A stretch of 42,602 nucleotides of DNA. Source: an uncultured archaeon (GTDB lineage Archaea; Iainarchaeota; Iainarchaeia; Iainarchaeales; JAAZKV01). How positions within the stretch are numbered: position 1 is the first letter of the stretch; each line of letters starts with the position of its first letter. The notes beneath the pieces were generated by a model. That model did no database searches and had not been told where the DNA came from. It saw only the letters and a program-made list of their open reading frames with translations. The stretch lies in assembly GCA_964590155.1 (NCBI GenBank), contig CAZPWC010000003.1:19402-62003 (forward strand). The letters are read 5' to 3'. Of the stretch, positions 37,469 to 42,602 are shown piece after piece. The position numbers were made by a program, and so were the translations under genes.

Positions 37469-37885
37469 TTATTGATTTTGAGTAAAGCTTTGTTGTAATT
37501 TCAGTGCTTCAAATAAAGGTCCTTTACAGTTAAGTTCTTCTAAGTTAAGTTCTGTTTCTAAAGCTTCTGCTTCTTCTTTAGAAATTAAGCACTCTGCATC
37601 AAGTCCTTTAACTATGTCAGGGACACTTCCGTCAACTAACTTTAGGTATCCTTTGCATTGGTCATTTTCTTTAGAAACCACTTGGATAAATCCAGTAATA
37701 TTTTGGTCAGCGAAATTTATTGTTCCATATGCTTTTTCACAGTCATTGTAAAATGCTTCAACAATGCAGTTAATGTTTCCGTCGCAAGTTTTTCCTTCCA
37801 CTGGGGGGGCAGTTATTTGCGGGCCTAAACAACCCAAAAGTAAAACAAAAGTAATAATTAATAGTCCAGTTATAGTTTTGCTCAT
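37469..37885 (-). CDS. Predicted lipoprotein with paired cysteines
   Basis: LLLGC lipobox-like motif after a hydrophobic stretch; six further Cys. Confidence 0.65.
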   Translation of the reverse strand: MSKTITGLLIITFVLLLGCLGPQITAPPVEGKTCDGNINCIVEAFYNDCEKAYGTINFADQNITGFIQVVSKENDQCKGYLKLVDGSVPDIVKGLDAECLISKEEAEALETELNLEELNCKGPLFEALKLQQSFTQNQ

Positions 37886-37953
37886 GATTAAATAATGTCC
37901 TTTACTTATTATAAATTATTAGGTTAAGGATTTTTATTCTGTGAAGTGGTTTT

Positions 37954-38574
37954 TTGGTTAAAATTGTCCAAATAAATGTTAAAGGTTTTGATAATAACTT
38001 TTCTTATCTACTTATTGGAAAAAATAATGAATCTTTTTTGATTGATGCCACCGGTTCAAAAGAAGAAATAGAAAAAACAATTTTGAAAAACAAGGTTGTC
38101 TTAGTTGCCCAATTACTTACACACAATCATCCAGATCATTGTGAATTAATTCCTTATTTTGAGTCAAAAGGGGCAAAATTAATTAATTTCAAAGAAATTG
38201 AGAATGTTCCTTTTGCTGAAAAAGTAGTTGAAATTGCAGGTGTTAAAGTTAGAGCAATTTTTACTCCAGGTCATTTAAATGATGCTAAGTGCTTCATTAT
38301 CGAAAATAATATTTTTTCAGGGGATACTTTATTTGTTCGAGGGATTGGAACAACCGCTTATGGGGGGAATGATGCTTTGCTAAAAAAAACCCTCGAGTAT
38401 TTGCGTACGTTTAATCCAAAAATGATTTTGTGGCCCGGACATGATTATGGCGGAACAACATCCACTCTAAAACAAGCGCTTGATAATTCTCATATTAAGC
38501 CAGGAAAAAAAGCTCGTGACAATATTAAGAAAAAAGTTGGTGAGTATGAAAAAGTGCGCGGAAAAAAATACTAA
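37954..38574 (+). CDS. Metallo-beta-lactamase-fold hydrolase (glyoxalase II-like)
   Basis: DNNFSYL, THNHPDH, TPGH, FSGDTLF, WPGHDY. Confidence 0.9.
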   Translation: MVKIVQINVKGFDNNFSYLLIGKNNESFLIDATGSKEEIEKTILKNKVVLVAQLLTHNHPDHCELIPYFESKGAKLINFKEIENVPFAEKVVEIAGVKVRAIFTPGHLNDAKCFIIENNIFSGDTLFVRGIGTTAYGGNDALLKKTLEYLRTFNPKMILWPGHDYGGTTSTLKQALDNSHIKPGKKARDNIKKKVGEYEKVRGKKY

Positions 38575-38575
38575 T

Positions 38576-39331
38576 TTATTCTAGCAGTAACAATGAAGCC
38601 ATTACTGCTACTCCGAGCAAAATAAAGAATACTTGTGTTAGGGCTTTTTTTGCGGAAAAATCTTTGTGCAATTCAGGGATAAGGTCAGTTCCTGCAATGT
38701 AGAGGAAACTTCCTGCGGCAAAAGCAAGTAATATTGGGGTTGAACCCGCTACTGCTTTTCCAAAAAACAAAGTGATTATTGCTCCGGCAAAAGCCGTTAG
38801 CGAGGTTAGAAAATTATACAAAAGCGCTTTTTTTCTGGTAAAACCACCTTTAATTAGAACCGCATAATCTCCTATTTCTTGCGGAACTTCGTGCAAAAAA
38901 ACAGCTATTGCTGTAGACATTCCCAAAACTGGACCTCCGAGAAAAGCTCCTGCCATAATTACTCCGTCAATAAAATTGTGTAACATGTCACCGTACAAGC
39001 TCATGTAAGTAAATCTGTGACACACTTCTCCGTGCTTTAAATTGTGGCAGTGCTGCCAATGAACAACTTTTTCTAAAACAAAAAAAACTATTATCCCTGA
39101 AAGGATGGCTAAAGAAATATCTAAACTAAAACCAGCTTCAGCGCTTATTTCAGGAAACAAGTGAATGAATACGTCTCCAAGCAATGCTCCAATAGCAAAA
39201 GCAACCATCGAGTCTAGAACGGATCCAAGTTTTTTTTCTTTAAGATTTATTGTAAAAACGCCGATTAATGAAACTAAAGAAATTATGGCGATTGAACCAA
39301 ATAAAATTAAATAATCAACTTGTGCTTCCAT
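38576..39331 (-). CDS. ZIP-family metal transporter
   Basis: GALLGDVFIHL, HWQHCH, GDMLHNFIDG, HEVPQEIGD, YIAGTDLIPELH. Start at ATG 39331. Confidence 0.93.
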   Translation of the reverse strand: MEAQVDYLILFGSIAIISLVSLIGVFTINLKEKKLGSVLDSMVAFAIGALLGDVFIHLFPEISAEAGFSLDISLAILSGIIVFFVLEKVVHWQHCHNLKHGEVCHRFTYMSLYGDMLHNFIDGVIMAGAFLGGPVLGMSTAIAVFLHEVPQEIGDYAVLIKGGFTRKKALLYNFLTSLTAFAGAIITLFFGKAVAGSTPILLAFAAGSFLYIAGTDLIPELHKDFSAKKALTQVFFILLGVAVMASLLLLE

Positions 39332-39356
39332 AGAAATAAGTTTCTTGGGAACCTTT

Positions 39357-39896
39357 TTATAGCTTGGTTTTAAAACCAAAAATAGAAATGTAAGCGATTA
39401 TTGCTCCGCCAATTGCTGTAAGTAGTTGATTTATTCCAAAAACAGTTAGAAAAGCTACAGGCACTAGCGCAAATTGCAGTAAAGCAAACGCCGATCCAAA
39501 AAGAATTATTGTTTTAAGTATTGCTCCGCTCCCCACTGCTAAAAAGTAATTTATTTTTTTTTGCAGGAAAAGTTTTTTTGAAACAATTGCTATAGCAAAA
39601 TTTCCTGCCCAAATAAAAGGAATCATTAATGCGAGAAATTGAGTGTTTGCTCCAAGCAAAATCCCGCCAGCTAGTGCGCCTAAGTTAGGCACTAAGGCAA
39701 TAATAAGTAATTTCTTGTTTGAGTGTTTTAACGCGCACCTAATAAGTAGTGCGTTAACTATTACTCCAACAATTAATTGGTGCTGTAAAATAATAGGGGT
39801 AATAAATAACAGCGCTCCGCTTACAAAAATGTCCAACAAATTGAGAATATATTCGTTGTTGTATTTGTTTTGAAATATGTTTTTGTTATTTAACAT
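39357..39896 (-). CDS. ECF-type S-component-like membrane protein
   Basis: Six TM helices; QLIVGVIVNALL, PFIWAGN, QLLTAIGG. Confidence 0.6.
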   Translation of the reverse strand: MLNNKNIFQNKYNNEYILNLLDIFVSGALLFITPIILQHQLIVGVIVNALLIRCALKHSNKKLLIIALVPNLGALAGGILLGANTQFLALMIPFIWAGNFAIAIVSKKLFLQKKINYFLAVGSGAILKTIILFGSAFALLQFALVPVAFLTVFGINQLLTAIGGAIIAYISIFGFKTKL

Positions 39897-39913
39897 AAAA
39901 ATAATTTTTCACT

Positions 39914-40276
39914 TTATGCGATTATTATTTTTCCTTTTGGTTTGTTTGCTTCTTGCGCGCTTTTTGTCAGAATTATTTCTGCTCCGCAAGGATAATCCTC
40001 TTTTTGTATTCCTTCAACCATCAAAACAACTTGTGCCCCTATTTTTGTGCACGCTCCGTCACCGTATTTTGACTCAACGCTAATGACATGAGTGCTTGAT
40101 TCCTTTCCGTGTACAGCCATTTTTTTTGCAACAGCCCCGTCAACTAATTTGCCTATAACACAAACAGCATCCATCCCGACAAACTTTTCGGCTTTGATTA
40201 TTTTTACTCTTCCTTTTCCTACACAATTAGCACTATCTTCACTCATTCCACTAAAAGTCAACGAAGTTAAACTCAT
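39914..40276 (-). CDS. Stand-alone translation-factor domain II-like beta-barrel protein
   Basis: G..V..GKLVDG....M......V.SVE......G..V.L.V.GI....G pattern; GAGGTGA SD. Confidence 0.5.
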   Translation of the reverse strand: MSLTSLTFSGMSEDSANCVGKGRVKIIKAEKFVGMDAVCVIGKLVDGAVAKKMAVHGKESSTHVISVESKYGDGACTKIGAQVVLMVEGIQKEDYPCGAEIILTKSAQEANKPKGKIIIA

Positions 40277-40422
40277 TTAGATCACCTCAATCTTTGGTAA
40301 AGGCAAATTCACCACTACTATTAATTCTTTTTCATTTAAATACTTTTACTCTGAAGAATGCGAATACTTTGCACAAAAAGAATTAGTTATCCGAACAATT
40401 GAAATTTTTTCAACCAAGTAGA

Positions 40423-40647
40423 TTATCTTCTATTTATTCGGATTCTTCGTTCTGCAGCTTCTCTTGCTACCCTTAATCTTTCTTCTTCAGCATCTTTTAT
40501 TGCTTTTTCCCTTTCCGCGCGAATTGCCACAGCTTTTTTATTAATTTTGACTAATTGCTCCTCTAAAGTAAGTCCTACTTTTGGTGTTCCATGCATCATT
40601 CCGTGACTGGCGCTAGGAGCAACAATAAGAGTATTTCTTCGAGGCAT
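40423..40647 (-). CDS. Hypothetical basic helical protein
   Basis: ATG ORF filling the gap between two genes; MPRR start; charged helix. Confidence 0.5.
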   Translation of the reverse strand: MPRRNTLIVAPSASHGMMHGTPKVGLTLEEQLVKINKKAVAIRAEREKAIKDAEEERLRVAREAAERRIRINRR

Positions 40648-40684
40648 GAGAAAGTAATGTTTTTGTTGTTTTTATTTCTTAGCT

Positions 40685-42079
40685 TTAACTAAATTCTTGG
40701 TAAATTTCAGTAACTTTTTCTTGGTTTATTGTTCTGTTATATATTCTGAACTCATCAATTAGTCCTTTGTACCCTATTCCTGTCCACGCATTTCCCAAAT
40801 CAAGTTCATTTCCCGCGCCTATCAAGTTGCCGTTCGTTGCACAATTTGATGCAAGTTGTCCGTTAACATATTCTTTCAAGTAATTTTTTGTATAAACAAT
40901 TACAAGATTATTCCATTGGTTTGGATTAAATGAAATATTTCTGCTGCAAGTGTTTTGAAAAATGCTACTTCCTTGTTCGTCCCACGCATCAGTGGAGTGT
41001 GTCCCTATAACAAGTCCATAACTTTTCTCTCCAGAGTATCTCATAATGCTTGCCAATTTAGCATTGATTCCATAAGTATTTGCATAATTAAACCATAGTG
41101 AAATAGTAAATGAATTTAGTCCAGCAATTGGATTTGATGGGGTTTTCCAATAATTGTTTCCATAATAATATTTAGAGGAAGTGACAGTTCCGTATTCATT
41201 AAATGTTGGTTCGCCTCGCATATTTAGAGCATTTCCTTTTACCCCTTGAGAGGTGTCGCTTCCATAAGGGTTTAGAGTAACTCTTGTTGCATTATAATCG
41301 CCTGCTTTGTCAGTTATTTTTCCTCCCGCAAAGTACTCTTCATCAAAATCATAATACAATATCAAACCTACTGGTTGTTGACTTTCGCATTCTTGTTGTT
41401 CAGTGGGTTTGTTTACTATTGTGCCACACTCATTAATTTCAATACAAGTCCTTGTTTGTGAGTTATCCTCGCAAGCACCCCAATCTCCGCAAAACCAAGT
41501 TTCAGCGCATGTTTGCGTTTGATTGTTTGTTGCAATAGCAGTGCACTTGCTGCACCCACAGTTATAATTAATGTCTCTGTAGGTAGCAATTATTTCCTCT
41601 ACACAAGTTTCGTTAGAGTTGCACGTAATTATTTCATCAATGCTGTTGCAAGGATTTGTGATAGTTGTGCCTGGTTTTTGTGTAGGTGTAGTTTTTTGTG
41701 TATTATTTGTTTCTGAAAGGTTTGGGTTTGTGTTGGCTGGAGAAGAAACAGGGTGATTTTTTACTACTCCGCAAGCAAGATTCATATTTGCTTTATCAAA
41801 TAACGCTTTGTAAGTAGCGTTAGCATCCTCGATCGTAGCTAGATAATAAGCATCTATTAGCATATCCGAACTACAACCAAGTGTACTCAAATCAGAATCA
41901 TTTTGCAGGTCAGCAAAAGTGTAAGGACGAATAGATATTTGCGCATCAGGGTGACTTTCTAAAAACTCTTTAACTTGTGGATTCTTTTTTGCTACCTCGT
42001 CAAGAGAAGAAGATGCAGTGCAGCCGAATAAAAGAAGAATTAATGCTAAAACAACCAGTCCGACAACAGCTTTTTGCAT
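40685..42079 (-). CDS. Lipoprotein with Cys-rich (TSP1-like) linker and LamG/concanavalin A-like domain
   Basis: LFGC lipobox; CAETWFCGDWGAC..QTRTC; YYDFDE, FTISLWF, WNNLVIVY..YVNG, GLIDEFRIYNR. Confidence 0.8.
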   Translation of the reverse strand: MQKAVVGLVVLALILLLFGCTASSSLDEVAKKNPQVKEFLESHPDAQISIRPYTFADLQNDSDLSTLGCSSDMLIDAYYLATIEDANATYKALFDKANMNLACGVVKNHPVSSPANTNPNLSETNNTQKTTPTQKPGTTITNPCNSIDEIITCNSNETCVEEIIATYRDINYNCGCSKCTAIATNNQTQTCAETWFCGDWGACEDNSQTRTCIEINECGTIVNKPTEQQECESQQPVGLILYYDFDEEYFAGGKITDKAGDYNATRVTLNPYGSDTSQGVKGNALNMRGEPTFNEYGTVTSSKYYYGNNYWKTPSNPIAGLNSFTISLWFNYANTYGINAKLASIMRYSGEKSYGLVIGTHSTDAWDEQGSSIFQNTCSRNISFNPNQWNNLVIVYTKNYLKEYVNGQLASNCATNGNLIGAGNELDLGNAWTGIGYKGLIDEFRIYNRTINQEKVTEIYQEFS

Positions 42080-42183
42080 GCTATGACTAGGGTTAAAGTA
42101 CTATAAAAATTAATTGTCTTTTTAGAGGCATACACGAACAGCAATAAAATTGAATTATTTTTTTTGATTTATAATTAGTTCTT

Positions 42184-42602
42184 TTATTCACAGCCACAAG
42201 AAGTTTGTGTCGTTCCAGCAGGGCATGGGCCTACAAAAGGAGGGTCACACACATTACCATCGCGCGTTGGAACAGGGGGTCGTACTATTTGTCCGGTTCC
42301 TACCCCAGTACCATTTAGTGCTAGTGATGTTGTTGGAATTTCTATTAAAACAATTTTTGTTGGAGATGATTCAACTACTTTGTATTTCTTTCCCATGAAA
42401 CTTATTGTTCTTTCTTCTCCAAAAGGAATTGGTTCTAAGAATTTTATTTCGTATACTAATCCACCTGATGGTATTTCTAACAAAATTTCTCCAGGATTAA
42501 CTCCATCAGCTATGTCTTGTAGAACCACAGCCGAATCTAAATGCAAGAATTCTTGATAACTAAATTCATCAATGTCAGTAACGTCTGTAGTGTGTTGTGT
42601 TC
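42184..42602 (-). CDS. 3' part of a hypothetical, possibly S-layer-related protein
   Basis: Frame is open to the window edge (TQHTTDVTDIDEFSYQEFLHLD..); ISFMGKKYKV beta motif; Cys/Pro-rich tail. Confidence 0.55.
   Translation of the reverse strand, partial: TQHTTDVTDIDEFSYQEFLHLDSAVVLQDIADGVNPGEILLEIPSGGLVYEIKFLEPIPFGEERTISFMGKKYKVVESSPTKIVLIEIPTTSLALNGTGVGTGQIVRPPVPTRDGNVCDPPFVGPCPAGTTQTSCGCE

Overview
AT-rich archaeal chromosome segment, most likely a DPANN archaeon. Iainarchaeota/Diapherotrites is my inference from the split Rpo2 (B''/B'), the divergent ribosomal proteins and the D-x-N-rich surface proteins. The left 25 kb is the conserved information-processing core, all on the minus strand: rpoH-B''-B'-A'-A''-eL30-nusA-uS12-uS7-EF2-(orphan methyltransferase)-EF1A-uS10, then a six-gene insert (including archease and rtcB), then uL3-uL4-uL23-uL2-uS19-uL22-uS3. 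The right 17 kb is accessory. It holds a plus-strand trio of Fe-S protein genes (U32 hydroxylase-like, a bare [FeFe]-hydrogenase H-domain protein, a radical SAM/SPASM enzyme), an RsmB/NOP2 methyltransferase, secreted surface proteins, tRNA-Asp(GTC), an MBL hydrolase and transporters. The best leads are: (1) the U32 / minimal hydrogenase / radical SAM trio; (2) a strongly enriched D-x-N motif in exported proteins; (3) a multibranch RNA leader before uL3 with strand-specific G-U pairs; (4) a natural Pro-to-Trp change in the conserved uS12 DLPG loop; (5) a degenerate archease ending on a U UUU UUA slippery site beside a bacterial-type RtcB; (6) a 28-bp in-frame duplication and a dispersed 20-bp palindrome. 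I found no CRISPR array, transposase, integrase or rRNA. All family calls come from motif recognition by eye; no searches were run.
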